This document shows positions 6,894 to 7,302 of a DNA stretch of 7,302 bases, piece after piece (the stretch's first letter is position 1; each line of letters starts with the position of its first letter). The position numbers and the translations under genes are program-made. Source of the stretch: a virus. Its lineage: Duplodnaviria; Heunggongvirae; Uroviricota; Caudoviricetes. The stretch lies in IMG/VR virus record IMGVR_UViG_2585427776_000005, one strand, 5' to 3'. The notes under the pieces were generated by a model. It saw nothing but the letters and a program-made list of their open reading frames with translations, was not told where the DNA came from and did no database searches.

Positions 6894-7302
6894 TGCCACT
6901 GCTGGATAAGCTGCGTGAGTAGTACGGGGTCGGACCGCTATGCAGCGAACTGCATATTGCCCCGTCAACGTATTACCACTGTCAGCAACAGCGACATCAT
7001 CCGGATAAACGCAGTGCCCGTGCGCAGCGCGATGACTGGCTGAAGAAAGAGATACAGCGCGTATACGATGAAAATCACAAGGTATACGGTGTGCGTAAAG
7101 TCTGGCGTCAGTTGTTACGGGAAGGTATCAGAGTGGCCAGATGCACTGTGGCACGTCTCATGGCGGTTATGGGACTTGCCGGTGTTCTCCGGGGTAAAAA
7201 GGTCCGTACGACCATCAGCCGGAAAGCCGTTGTCGCAGGCGACCGCGTAAACCGTCAGTTCGTGGCAGAACGACCTGACCAGCTGTGGGTGGCTGATTTT
7301 AC
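6890..7302 (+). pseudogene. IS629 orfB (DDE transposase catalytic subunit), 3'-partial, interrupted by an in-frame TAG at 6920-6922
   Basis: The -1 frame relative to orfA reads ATG ATG CCA CTG CTG GAT AAG CTG CGT GAG TAG ([10 protein letters not shown]), then continues without further stops as YGVGPLCSELHIAPSTYYHCQQQRHHPDKRSARAQRDDWLKKEIQRVYDENHKVYGVRKVWRQLL...DQLWVADF. That is IS629 OrfB-like sequence, in which I recall Gln (CAG) at the stop position. Confidence 0.65.

Larger units (their letters stand above)
6513..7302 (+). mobile_element. IS629-like insertion sequence (IS3 family), left end plus about 790 bp; right end beyond the window
   Basis: Terminus begins TGAACCGCCCCGGGAATCCTGGAGACTAAACTTCC at 6513, which I recognise as the IS629/IS1203 left inverted repeat. 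Followed by orfA and an overlapping orfB in the -1 frame with an A-run (GGAAAAAATG) at the overlap, typical of IS3-family organisation. Confidence 0.85.

Noticed and set aside
6648-7250. ORFs 6648-6968 (- strand) and 7068-7250 (+ strand) inside the IS element
   Set aside because: Off-frame or antisense to the IS629 orfA/orfB reading frames, which are supported by recognisable transposase sequence.
1-7302. CRISPR arrays, tandem repeats, rRNA/tRNA genes, toxin-antitoxin pairs or defence-system gene clusters
   Set aside because: No regularly spaced direct repeats or structured-RNA signatures are visible. Every sizeable coding frame is accounted for by prophage recombination genes, rspAB, ynfA or the IS element, so I do not claim a novel system.

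Overview
This 7.3-kb window reads as an Escherichia/Shigella-type chromosomal segment spanning a prophage-host junction. No database search or computation was run; all calls come from reading translations and motifs by eye. (i) 1-3562, + strand: the integrase-proximal arm of a lambdoid, Qin-like prophage: a 5'-truncated RecE-family exonuclease gene (1-1923) with a CxxC...CxxC zinc ribbon and a C-terminal DEDDh 3'-5' exonuclease domain, an excisionase-like gene (1996-2247) and an apparently intact tyrosine integrase (2282-3562). (ii) 3563-3749: an AT-rich prophage/host junction. (iii) The core rspA-rspB operon on the - strand (4781-5995 and 3750-4769). (iv) ynfA on the - strand (6201-6512), whose first five codons are displaced by an insertion sequence. 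(v) An IS629-like IS3-family element with its left end at 6513, running off the window; orfA is intact, but the orfB frame has an in-frame TAG ten codons after the frameshift site. I see no CRISPR array, tRNA or rRNA, and no convincing evidence of an undescribed multi-gene system. The most unusual items are the mosaic exonuclease, the IS-disrupted ynfA and the nonsense codon in the IS transposase frame.
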